DNA of 24,000 nucleotides from contig JAEOTB010000078.1 of NCBI GenBank assembly GCA_016840065.1, positions 1 to 24,000 on the forward strand, given 5' to 3'. Within the stretch, counting starts at the first letter, position 1, and the number at the start of each line of letters is the position of its first letter. The stretch comes from Candidatus Hermodarchaeota archaeon (lineage in GTDB: Archaea; Asgardarchaeota; Hermodarchaeia; Hermodarchaeales; Hermodarchaeaceae). Positions 16,068-24,000 of the stretch are shown piece after piece. A program made the position numbers and the translations under genes. The notes under the pieces were generated by a model. That model ran no database searches and was not told the DNA's origin. It saw nothing but the letters and a program-made list of their open reading frames with translations.

Positions 16068-16370
16068 TTACGAGCGGGTCTTTCCCTTAAGGGTCTTCAT
16101 TTTCCTTGCTAATTCTTTCAGTAGAAGTGTTTTCGAGCGTTCTGGTGTTTTCCTAATGAGAACTAGGCCAGGTGTTCCCCACCAACTTGCTGGATACCGC
16201 GCTTCTGTTTTTACCTTGAATTCTAGTCCTAATCGACGAGCTGCAAGGGTAATTAACTCGACATCCACACTAGGAAGAGCTAATTTCTTGGGAATTCGTC
16301 GCCCGGAGCTGCGGGAACGTCCTGCCTCGAAATAAGCTGGATAAACATAGTAAAATCCTGATTGTCTCAT
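16068..16370 (-). CDS. srp19: Signal recognition particle protein SRP19
   Basis: 100 aa. YVYPAYFEAGRSRSSGRRIPKKLA matches the SRP19 N-terminal signature. Confidence 0.88.
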   Translation of the reverse strand: MRQSGFYYVYPAYFEAGRSRSSGRRIPKKLALPSVDVELITLAARRLGLEFKVKTEARYPASWWGTPGLVLIRKTPERSKTLLLKELARKMKTLKGKTRS

Positions 16371-16467
16371 ACAAAATCATTGTTATACACTTATCCGCTC
16401 GCAATAAATTTTTCGTGTTGTGATAATTTAGCAAGTCTAAAAAACATTAGAGTGTGCCGAGTATACT

Positions 16468-16845
16468 ATGCACGAGTTCTCGACAGCAGTAGGTATTGTA
16501 AATGCTGTGAAGAGAGCAGCAGGTTCACACAAAGCAACCAAGATAATCGCCATTCGCCTACAAATTGGACCGTTATCAATGCTCAATCATGATCAGTTGA
16601 TATTTGGCATTGAAATAGCTGCCAAGGGGACCATCCTAGAGGGTGCTGAGATTTCGATTGAGGTTCTAGCGGTAAAGACTCTCTGTAAGAATTGTGGCAC
16701 AGAAAAGGTGATAGAAGAACAAAAACCGATATATGATCTGCTAGCCACTTTGATCTGTGATAAATGCGACAGTAAAAGTTTGGAAATTACTCAGGGTCGG
16801 GAATGCGTAATTAAGGATATCAAAGCCGTTGTCGACTCTGACTGA
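16468..16845 (+). CDS. hypA: [NiFe]-hydrogenase nickel insertion protein HypA
   Basis: 125 aa. The N-terminus is MHEFS. The zinc site is CKNCG...CDKCDS. Confidence 0.9.
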   Translation: MHEFSTAVGIVNAVKRAAGSHKATKIIAIRLQIGPLSMLNHDQLIFGIEIAAKGTILEGAEISIEVLAVKTLCKNCGTEKVIEEQKPIYDLLATLICDKCDSKSLEITQGRECVIKDIKAVVDSD

Positions 16846-16848
16846 ACA

Positions 16849-17232
16849 CTATTCGCTTAGCATTAGTGCATCGACGCCGCCGGTTTGACCCGGTCTGCTC
16901 GTAACAACTGCCTTACCTTTTTCCGTTTCAATAATCGTACCTTTTGTGATGATTCCACGCCGATCCAAGTCCACATCAGCAGGGTTCTTTAAGACTTGAA
17001 TAATCCTCAGTTTCTCTGATTTACCTGTTTGCCTGTCAATTACGTTTGCATGAGAAGCAGCAAGAAGACCCGGTCTTTTGCCTCCACCTAGAGCGCGTTT
17101 AAAGCGAAGCTTCTGCTCACCCACTATTGTTTCGGTGGCCTGACTACCTCGCTCGTATTTCCGATGTTTCCGAGATGACCTTCGACGGGCACCAGTTGAA
17201 TATCTCTTAGACTTTCCTTGCCACAACGGCAT
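16849..17232 (-). CDS. rps8e: Ribosomal protein eS8
   Basis: The protein reads MPLWQGKSKRYSTGARRR...RRGIITKGTIIETEKGKAVVTSRPGQTGGVDALML. The ATG at 17232, with GAGGT (17240-17244) 7 nt upstream, is preferred to the track start at 17253. Confidence 0.92.
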   Translation of the reverse strand: MPLWQGKSKRYSTGARRRSSRKHRKYERGSQATETIVGEQKLRFKRALGGGKRPGLLAASHANVIDRQTGKSEKLRIIQVLKNPADVDLDRRGIITKGTIIETEKGKAVVTSRPGQTGGVDALMLSE

Positions 17233-17350
17233 TACAGTAACCTCTAGCTGCATTGGACCAAGTCAGATGGCTTTAAACATTTCGGGAATTGCAAAGAGCT
17301 AAAGGCATCATTCAGAGCTGTTCCTAGGTATAATCTGAGGTGGATATTTC

Positions 17351-18385
17351 ATGTCAGATGATGATTTCAGCCGAGTAGAGCTTGCTCATGGTGCAGGTGG
17401 ACGAGCGATGACCAAGTTCCTAAAGGAAATCGTCTTTCCATGCTTTCAACTAAACAAGATTGACGGTGGGATTGGTTTACCGTCAGCTGATGATGGGGCT
17501 ACGATTCCCCTAGGTGACAGGGAACTTGTTATTTCAACAGACAGTCACACGGTTACCCCACTATTTTTTGCCGGAGGGGATATTGGAAGGTTGGCTGCCG
17601 CTGGTACTATAAATGATGTAGCAATGATGGGGGCTCGCCCGATTGTTATGACCTGCGCCCTACTTATTGAGGAGGGGTTTTCAATAACTAACTTGCATCG
17701 TATTCTTCGTTCTTTAGCAGCTACAGCACTTGAGGAGCGGGTAGCAGTTATCGCAGGTGATACAAAGGTTATGCCAAGAAATACAATTGACAAGCTTGTA
17801 ATCTGCACAACGGGTGTAGGTATTATAGAACAGGGAAAAGCTATAGTTGATAGCGGTATTCAGCCTGGCGACAAAATCATAATCACAGGGTCTATTGGAG
17901 ATCATGGTATTGCCATACTTGCTGAAAGAGATGGGCTTACGTTTGGCACCGAACTCAAATCAGATACTGCACCTTTATGGTCCACTGTTAAAGCGTGCCT
18001 AGAAGTAGGTGGTGTTCATGCAATGAAAGACCCGACACGAGGCGGCGTAGCTTCAGCGTTAAATGAATTAGCTACAAAGTCAGGTGTGAGTATCTGGATT
18101 GAAGAAGAGAAATTGCCAATACGACGCGAAGTTCAGGCGGCTAGTCAGATGTTGGGACTAGACCCACTTCAAGTAACATGTGAGGGGGCTGCTATTATTG
18201 CTGTAGAAAGAGAAAAAGCTGATACAGTACTTGACGCAATTCAGAAGACCCGTTACGGTGTTAATGCAAAAATATTAGGTGAGGCAAAAGAAGACAGGCA
18301 AGGGCTGGTTCTTATGAAGACAAAAGTTGGAGGCACTCGAATTATCCAACAACCTTGGGCAGAAGCGATTCCACGCGTTTGCTAG
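17351..18385 (+). CDS. hypE: Hydrogenase maturation protein HypE
   Basis: 344 aa with a PurM/AIR-synthase-like fold (GDTKVM, ITGSIGDHG) and the diagnostic C-terminal PRVC. GAGGTGGA lies 6 nt upstream of the ATG. Confidence 0.94.
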   Translation: MSDDDFSRVELAHGAGGRAMTKFLKEIVFPCFQLNKIDGGIGLPSADDGATIPLGDRELVISTDSHTVTPLFFAGGDIGRLAAAGTINDVAMMGARPIVMTCALLIEEGFSITNLHRILRSLAATALEERVAVIAGDTKVMPRNTIDKLVICTTGVGIIEQGKAIVDSGIQPGDKIIITGSIGDHGIAILAERDGLTFGTELKSDTAPLWSTVKACLEVGGVHAMKDPTRGGVASALNELATKSGVSIWIEEEKLPIRREVQAASQMLGLDPLQVTCEGAAIIAVEREKADTVLDAIQKTRYGVNAKILGEAKEDRQGLVLMKTKVGGTRIIQQPWAEAIPRVC

Positions 18386-18848
18386 CCGAAAATTTTGCTA
18401 AAATTTCTTCAATACGTTCCCAAAATATTGAATTATCACATACTGTAACAGGCTCCTTACTTTGAAGCCTAGTTCTAGATTCGGTCAAAAGAAACTTCGT
18501 GACTTGTTTTACAAGATACTCTAATAGTAATGGATTACAGTCTTTTGCACTGCACAGAACGATGAGAGCATTTGGTAATGACTGGAATGTGAACCTCCAT
18601 CGCCCTGCATCAAGCCGTTCAATACAATCTCCTGAGGTTACCTGTCTCACGAACATATTCAAAGCTGTAAAAAGACCACAAAGAATTGATGGATCAGTTT
18701 TCATGCTGTGGGGCTTGATGATGCGATAGAATAACGGACATCCTGATTCGCGCATAACAAAAATAGCATGAATGCCAGTAGATTTTCTATATTCTTCCTT
18801 TTCCTTATCTACTGCTGGATTTGGTGAAGTGGTATAGAAGCGAGCCAA
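18342..18848 (-). CDS. Hypothetical protein with a longin/SNARE-like-fold pattern (inferred)
   Basis: 168 aa. The TTG start has GAGGT 7 nt upstream and a TTTAAAT box about 45 nt upstream. The predicted element order is b-b-a-b-b-b-a-a: IHAIFVM, PLFYRII, DPSILCGLFTALNMFVRQV, IERLDAG, WRFTFQS, ALIVLCSA, NPLLLEYLVKQVTKFL, IFWERIEEILAKF. The 3' end overlaps hypE convergently by 44 nt. Confidence 0.55.
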   Translation of the reverse strand: MARFYTTSPNPAVDKEKEEYRKSTGIHAIFVMRESGCPLFYRIIKPHSMKTDPSILCGLFTALNMFVRQVTSGDCIERLDAGRWRFTFQSLPNALIVLCSAKDCNPLLLEYLVKQVTKFLLTESRTRLQSKEPVTVCDNSIFWERIEEILAKFSASKRVESLLPKVVG

Positions 18849-18885
18849 ATCAGAAACCTCAACAGATATGGCTCTAACCGCAAGT

Positions 18886-18901
18886 ATGAATTTAAACTCA
18901 T
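18886..18901 (-). promoter_or_regulatory. Near-palindromic TATA element upstream of the longin-like ORF
   Basis: ATGAATTTAAACTCAT is a 16-bp palindrome with one mismatched pair, centred on TTTAAA. Confidence 0.3.
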
Positions 18902-18935
18902 AAATTGGAATACAAAGGAGTTACTAATCTAGTCA

Positions 18936-19499
18936 CTAGTTTACTGATTCCTGCTGTTTTTCTTGTTGTTGTATCCTACGAATCATCCTGCGGAGTTGGA
19001 TTTTGAGTTTCTCAAGATCGTAGTCAAAACCAAAGTAGTCTGCGAACATCTGGCTTGTAGTCAATTCTTTGGATCGTCCTTGGGGTTGTGACTCTAAGAA
19101 ACCTAATCCTTCAAGTTGTTTGATGTGCTTATAGCTGTGTGACCCACGGTACTCAACGACTTGGGATTGGAGTACTGGCTGTTTAAGAGCAATGTACAGC
19201 AGGGTCTTCAATTCACCTAATGAGAGAAGACCATGAGGAGCTAGAGTAGCAACCCGTTCGCTAAGATTAGGGTCTAGTTGGAGTACAAAACGTTGGCGAG
19301 GAAGTTGAGCTAGGACTAGAGCACCTCCCCGGGTTTTATATTCGTCAACGAGTTCATTGAGTATTTCGCGAATACGCTTGAGTGTGGGCAACTGGGTAGC
19401 ATCTTGAATTTCATGAATTGAGAGAGGGCGTCCTGAAATGTACAGAGCTGCTTCAACAAGTCTTTTGTCATCCTGCATCAATTTCAACCTCGTCTCCAT
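18936..19499 (-). CDS. scpB: Segregation and condensation protein B
   Basis: 187 aa. LVEAALYISGRPLSIHEIQDAT is the typical ScpB N-terminal winged helix, and there are tandem winged-helix repeats. The gene overlaps the scpA 3' end by 32 nt. Confidence 0.85.
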   Translation of the reverse strand: METRLKLMQDDKRLVEAALYISGRPLSIHEIQDATQLPTLKRIREILNELVDEYKTRGGALVLAQLPRQRFVLQLDPNLSERVATLAPHGLLSLGELKTLLYIALKQPVLQSQVVEYRGSHSYKHIKQLEGLGFLESQPQGRSKELTTSQMFADYFGFDYDLEKLKIQLRRMIRRIQQQEKQQESVN

Positions 19500-20166
19500 T
19501 TACCTCTAAGAATCGGATTAGAATATCTCCATAATCTGTATCTTGTGATACGAGTACTTTATCATCAGCTACTAGAAACATCAGAGTAAGAAATATACGG
19601 ATAATATCAATACGGGTTAAACCCTGTACAAATTCGAAGAAAGAAACAGGATTCTTCTTGCGACTAGCTTGACGTAACTGCTCAAATATGCTGTGCATCC
19701 ATTTCCCGAATTCGAAATCAGATTCTTGTTTCCGACCAAACGCCTCAGGCTGGGGTAGTGTTGTAATGCGACGTTTTCGTTTTCGCTTAGTAGAAGGGAA
19801 CACCAATTCACGCAGTGCTTCTACGAGTTCCGTTTCAGAAACAGGACGGACCTGTTGTCTAAAGGGAGGACGAATTGGTGGAAGAAAAATATCTTCCTCA
19901 ATTTCCGTGATTTCCTCCTCCTCACGACCAAATTCTAGAAGATACTCTGTTTTGTAGCGGAGTAAAATCGCCGCAGAAAGAAGGGCCCGTCCGCATATAC
20001 GGAAATCAAAATCTCCAACAAGAAGACGACCTATGAATCCATTAACTAACTCTGCTAGGTCAATCTCCCAAGGACTGACTTTCTGGAGTTCTAAGATGTC
20101 AGTTAGGATTCGCCAAGGTTGATGGAGCCAGAAAGGGTCCTGACTTCTTGTCGTCAATAACCTCAC
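19468..20166 (-). CDS. scpA: Segregation and condensation protein A (kleisin)
   Basis: 232 aa with SPWEIDLAELVNGFI and ALLSAAILLRYKTEYLL and a C-terminal winged helix. The start is GTG, and an in-frame TTG lies 3 codons downstream. Confidence 0.85.
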   Translation of the reverse strand: MRLLTTRSQDPFWLHQPWRILTDILELQKVSPWEIDLAELVNGFIGRLLVGDFDFRICGRALLSAAILLRYKTEYLLEFGREEEEITEIEEDIFLPPIRPPFRQQVRPVSETELVEALRELVFPSTKRKRKRRITTLPQPEAFGRKQESDFEFGKWMHSIFEQLRQASRKKNPVSFFEFVQGLTRIDIIRIFLTLMFLVADDKVLVSQDTDYGDILIRFLEVNGDEVEIDAG

Positions 20167-20262
20167 TTTTTATGTAATTGTAATGGTATATTGCCCACAT
20201 TATTTTTAGAAAGGCCGCAATGCACACTGTAGATACTTCCTTCACCTGATAATTGATACATA

Positions 20263-20282
20263 AATGCTCCGAAGGGAACATT
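20263..20282 (-). other. Stable hairpin in the 166-nt smc-scpA spacer
   Basis: The minus-strand RNA AAUGUUCC-CUUC-GGAGCAUU forms 8 bp including one G-U pair. The G-U pair is a C-A mismatch on the plus strand, so the structure favours the gene strand. TTTTATTTT lies just after the smc stop. Confidence 0.3.
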
Positions 20283-20332
20283 CTCCAACCATTAAACCGA
20301 GAGTTACTAACAGTGCACAAAATAAAACACAC

Positions 20333-23300
20333 TTAATTTCTAGAAGTCGGCTTCTCTACCATCAAGACTCCCTCTTCGAATTTTATCGAGAAGACACGAG
20401 ACAGACCATCGACCATCGCAACGCCATACAAAGTGTGGGCCCAACGAATGGTAATCTCGTTATGAGAGATTAATATGAATTGAGATTTCTGAGCCAGTTT
20501 ATCGAGTAGTTTTGCGACGCGCTCGGTATTTGTAGGATCAAGTGATTCATCAATCTCGTCTAGGAAGAAGAAAGGGGCAGGTTGGTGAAGCTGAAGAGCA
20601 AATATAAAGGCAAGAGCTGTAAGCGCTTTTTCTCCCCCAGAAAGTGCATCAAGATATTGTATACGTTTTCCTTCAGGTCTTGCTTTCATGCGAATCCCAC
20701 CCAAGAAGGGATTCTCGGGGTTCTCTAGTTCTAGCTCTCCTTCTCCGTCTGCCAGCTGCTTATAGACCTCAGCGAAGTGCCTTGAAATGCTTGTAAAAGA
20801 TGTCATGAATACCTTGAACTTCTCTGCTTCAGCTTTTCGCATTGCTTCAAGTATCGCTTCGCGTTCATCACGAATACTCTTTTCCTTCTCAGATATTTCT
20901 TGGTAGGCTTGTCTAACAACTTCAAATCTTTCAATGGCCTTTTGATTAATTAAACCAAGTTCTTCTCGTTCTTGCTCCAGTTCAGTAAGTTGTTTCCGTA
21001 AGCTATAGACGCTAGAAGGTAATATTGGCGCCAGCGGTGGCTTCATTCCTTTTACCTTTTCCTTTTGTGTTGCCAAGCGTTCTTCCCAATTCTCAATTCG
21101 AACTTCAAGTTTAGATAACCCATTCCGTTCCTCGCTGATTCTAGTAGTTAACTCCTCTACCAATTCAGCCAATCGCCGTCGTTCAGATTCGTTCTCTTCT
21201 AGCTGCTGCTCCAGAGTTACAAGCTCGTTTTTCAAATCAATTACTTCTTGAGCAAGAGCATCTGCTTGGGCTTGCGCGGCTTCATTCTCCTTCTCACAAT
21301 CTCCAAGTTCACCCTTAACGCGCTCGAACTCATTATTCAATTGTAATAGTTCCTTCTGCAAACGATTCTGCTCAGTTTGGGCAAAACGCATTTCACTACT
21401 CTTCTCAGCCAATTGGAGTTCTACTTCACGAAGTTGCGCCTCGAGTGCATCGAGTTCTCCACGAAGGCGGTTGATAGTACTATCAGTACTACTCCTCTCT
21501 AACTCTGCTAGTTTCTCTTGGTATCCTTGGCGTTCTGTGACTAGCTGGGCTATTCCCTCTTCTTCTTGCTTTTGTTTTTGAGTTAAATCATCTCTAGCTA
21601 GCTCTTCTTCCCGTAAGCTCTCTTCAAGTTTTATGACACTCGTTTTTAATGCAGTGAGTGATTCCTCTTTATCCGTTAAATCACCCCTTGCATCACTAAA
21701 ACGCTGCTCTATTTTTGTTAAATTTCGTTGCGCGACCGCGATTTGTTCACTGAGTGAATTGTTGGAACGCGTTAATTTCTCAAAATCCCGATTCAACGAT
21801 TCGCGTAATTCACGCAACTCTTTCAGTTTTCTTTGCAGTTCAGGAATCAAACTCTCTTCTTCTAAAGATAGAGATGGTAAGCGTTTGTAGTAACCACCAG
21901 TTAGAATGTGGTTTGGCTCAACAACATCACCATCGATTGTAATTTTCCTAAATCCTGGAGCTTTAATCAATCGTGCAATAGGCAGATCTTTTACGATAAT
22001 TGTATGGCCAAATGCAAACTCAAATGCAGAACGGAACTTCTCGTCAAAGGACAGAAGGTCAATGGCGTTGCCTATAACACCTGGAGACTTATTCTCATAG
22101 GTGGAGGGATTAGGACTGATTGATGCAAGAGGTATGAACGACGCGCGACCGATTTTGCTTTGTTTCAGATATCTTATACACCGAGCCGCTGTATCCTCAT
22201 TGTCAACGACAATGAAATCCAATCTTCCTCGACCTGCAACCTCCAGAGCTACAGCATATTCTGTTGAGGTTTTCCCTAGACTAGCAAGAGTGCCGTATAT
22301 TCCAGATATCTGTTTTTCTTCTGCATAACGGAGAATTGCATTGATTGCTGCTTGCCGTGACATTCTAAGCTTCCCAAGTTCACGGATAGTCTTAAGACGG
22401 GTTCGCGCCTCCAACAGTTCATCTTTTGTCCTCTGAATTAGCTGTTCAAGTTCAGTTTGTTCTCGTCTATGGTCAAGCATCGAAGTGCTTGTTGCTCGTT
22501 GTTGTTCTTGGATTTCCATCATCGAATCTCTTTTCTGTTGAACATCAACTTCTGTTTCTTCAAGTAATCTTCGTGCTTCTTCAATTTCTTGTTCTTGGTC
22601 TGAGACTAATGAGGAACTCATTGCGATTTGTTGCTGTAGATTAGCTATGTTCTGTTTAGCTACACGGAACATAGCTTTTATTTCACCTAGCTTTCCCCTT
22701 CTCTGTTCAATAGTCTCTGTTAGGGAAAGGACACTCGTTCTCGACTCTAGATAGTCAGTGTCGGGTTTAGAGAGTTGTACTGAAATCTGCATTAATTCCT
22801 TACGAAGAGGAGTGATTTTTGTCTTCAGTGCAGCTGCATCACCCTCAAGTTTCAATACTAGTTTTTCTAAACTAGAGTAGTTATCCGACTCGCTTCTCTC
22901 CAAAGATTGAAGATGAGTTATACTAGCGGAAACGGATTCGGTTTGGCTTCTAAGCTTGCTCAAGGTGATTTGAAGCCCACTAATTTTCTCGGTAATCCGC
23001 GATTTTTCTACTTCTTTAGCATGGCTCGAGCTTTCAAGGTCTTTCATCCGCACCTCAATTGTCTTGGCGGCACTTTCTAGAGCAATGATTTGTTCTTTTG
23101 ATTCCTGTTTTTGTTGTTCAAATTGATTTATGGTCTTGGATAAAGCAGAGAACGCGTTCTGTAAATCATTTAGACGTTCTTCAACACGGGCTAGCTCAGC
23201 GAATGCTAACTCACGTTGGAGCAGCCCGATTTTTTCAGTTATTTCTTGCCAGCGAAGAGCATCACTTCGATCACGTTCTAATCGTTCGTATTCTTGACGG

Positions 23301-23899
23301 ATTTCTTCTGTACGCACTTGAACTAGACCCAGGTTTGCATCAACTTTTTTGAGCTCTTCCTCGATTTGCCGTTTCTTCTCATCATAAACTGAAATGCCAG
23401 CGATGTTTTCAACTATTTGACGGATTTGAGTAGATGACATGCCGACGATATTTGATAGCTCAGTTTGGAGGACGATATTGTACCCCTCAGGATGCAATCC
23501 AGCGGCACCTATTGTATCTAGAAGCTCTGTTCTTGTGCAACGTTTCCCATTAAGACGATACACACTAACACCGCTTGTATCAATTTCCCTGCTAACCGAA
23601 ACCTCATCAGCGTCTATCGGAAGTTGCCTGTCCTTGTTATCGAAAACCATCGTCACACGACAGAATTTTGCAGGAGAATTTCCTTCACCGCCATTGTACA
23701 ACAATGAGGCGAAGTTTTCTGCTCGGAGAGCTTTACTACTCAATCGACCTAGAACAAAGCACACTGCGTCGAGAATATTGCTTTTTCCACAGCCGTTCTT
23801 TCCAACAAAGACAGTCAGGCCTTTGTTAAAATTCAAGGTCACTTTTCGTGCCCCGAATGATTTGAACCCTGAAAGCTGTAATTGCCGGATATGAGCCAC
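20333..23899 (-). CDS. smc: Chromosome segregation ATPase SMC
   Basis: 1188 aa. Walker A is GKNGCGKSNILDA. There are long coiled coils and a central hinge (GIYGTLASLG). The signature motif is LSGGEKALTALAFIFAL and Walker B is FFFLDEIDESLD. The start is GTG. Confidence 0.97.
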   Translation of the reverse strand: MAHIRQLQLSGFKSFGARKVTLNFNKGLTVFVGKNGCGKSNILDAVCFVLGRLSSKALRAENFASLLYNGGEGNSPAKFCRVTMVFDNKDRQLPIDADEVSVSREIDTSGVSVYRLNGKRCTRTELLDTIGAAGLHPEGYNIVLQTELSNIVGMSSTQIRQIVENIAGISVYDEKKRQIEEELKKVDANLGLVQVRTEEIRQEYERLERDRSDALRWQEITEKIGLLQRELAFAELARVEERLNDLQNAFSALSKTINQFEQQKQESKEQIIALESAAKTIEVRMKDLESSSHAKEVEKSRITEKISGLQITLSKLRSQTESVSASITHLQSLERSESDNYSSLEKLVLKLEGDAAALKTKITPLRKELMQISVQLSKPDTDYLESRTSVLSLTETIEQRRGKLGEIKAMFRVAKQNIANLQQQIAMSSSLVSDQEQEIEEARRLLEETEVDVQQKRDSMMEIQEQQRATSTSMLDHRREQTELEQLIQRTKDELLEARTRLKTIRELGKLRMSRQAAINAILRYAEEKQISGIYGTLASLGKTSTEYAVALEVAGRGRLDFIVVDNEDTAARCIRYLKQSKIGRASFIPLASISPNPSTYENKSPGVIGNAIDLLSFDEKFRSAFEFAFGHTIIVKDLPIARLIKAPGFRKITIDGDVVEPNHILTGGYYKRLPSLSLEEESLIPELQRKLKELRELRESLNRDFEKLTRSNNSLSEQIAVAQRNLTKIEQRFSDARGDLTDKEESLTALKTSVIKLEESLREEELARDDLTQKQKQEEEGIAQLVTERQGYQEKLAELERSSTDSTINRLRGELDALEAQLREVELQLAEKSSEMRFAQTEQNRLQKELLQLNNEFERVKGELGDCEKENEAAQAQADALAQEVIDLKNELVTLEQQLEENESERRRLAELVEELTTRISEERNGLSKLEVRIENWEERLATQKEKVKGMKPPLAPILPSSVYSLRKQLTELEQEREELGLINQKAIERFEVVRQAYQEISEKEKSIRDEREAILEAMRKAEAEKFKVFMTSFTSISRHFAEVYKQLADGEGELELENPENPFLGGIRMKARPEGKRIQYLDALSGGEKALTALAFIFALQLHQPAPFFFLDEIDESLDPTNTERVAKLLDKLAQKSQFILISHNEITIRWAHTLYGVAMVDGLSRVFSIKFEEGVLMVEKPTSRN

Positions 23900-23949
23900 G
23901 AGAGTATCCCCGTCAACTTCGCCAAGTTTTCGAATTTAATTTTAATAAT

Positions 23950-23970
23950 AGGCTTCCCGTCAGGAAGCCT
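23950..23970. other. Perfect 8-bp hairpin upstream of smc
   Basis: AGGCTTCC-cgtca-GGAAGCCT. On the minus strand it is followed by the AT-rich ATTATTAAAATTAAATT. It may be the terminator of the off-window upstream gene and/or part of the smc promoter region. Confidence 0.3.
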
Positions 23971-24000
23971 GACATATAAGAGCGGGTAATATCCCTAGTG

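Noticed and set aside
17233-17253. A seven-codon extension of eS8 (MQLEVTV).
   Set aside because: The conserved eS8 N-terminus is M-P/A-x-W-Q-G. The internal ATG at 17232 has a GAGGT RBS inside the supposed extension.
20099-20332. A 77-aa minus-strand ORF filling the smc-scpA spacer.
   Set aside because: Its composition is unconvincing and Cys/aromatic-rich. It overlaps the scpA start by about 68 nt, has no RBS, and spans a T-tract and hairpin that look like RNA signals.
21633-23894. Plus-strand ORFs antisense to smc, including the 151-aa ORF at 23439-23894.
   Set aside because: These are typical shadow ORFs opposite a long Glu/Leu/Lys/Arg-rich coiled-coil gene. They have no motifs and no start context.
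1-24000. CRISPR arrays, transposases/integrases, toxin-antitoxin pairs, restriction-modification or other defence modules.
   Set aside because: I saw no regularly spaced direct repeats, and no ORF with nuclease, integrase or defence hallmarks apart from the intein endonuclease. Every sizeable ORF is accounted for by a housekeeping family.

Overview
This is an archaeal chromosomal core region. It is almost fully coding (about 25 genes) and dominated by information-processing genes.

Gene content, left to right:
- A co-directional cdc6/orc1 - GINS - mcm replication cluster on the minus strand. The mcm ORF is absent from the supplied ORF track because it runs off the left edge. It carries an in-frame 529-codon LAGLIDADG intein inside the Walker A P-loop.
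- A small stand-alone TFB-type zinc-ribbon gene, then glmS, elp3 and eS30.
- A six-gene, translationally coupled RNA-modification operon: nop5-flpA-DUF61-HTH-trm1-rlmE.
- A winged-helix plus Cys-cluster gene resembling TFE-beta/Rpc34, then tfb, gar1, srp19, hypA, eS8 and hypE.
- A longin-fold-like small ORF, then smc, scpA and scpB.

I found no rRNA, tRNA, CRISPR array, transposase/integrase or recognisable defence/accessory island. I do not see a convincing multi-gene novel system.

The observations most worth follow-up are local:
- the Ser1 MCM intein;
- a sharply G3-depleted codon tract that abuts the intein;
- a TFB gene whose conserved zinc ribbon has no canonical start codon;
- an orphan TFB-like ribbon protein upstream of cdc6;
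- the TFE-beta-like and longin-like small proteins;
- a perfect 17-bp palindrome at the glmS 5' end.

All family calls come from motif recognition by eye. No searches were run.
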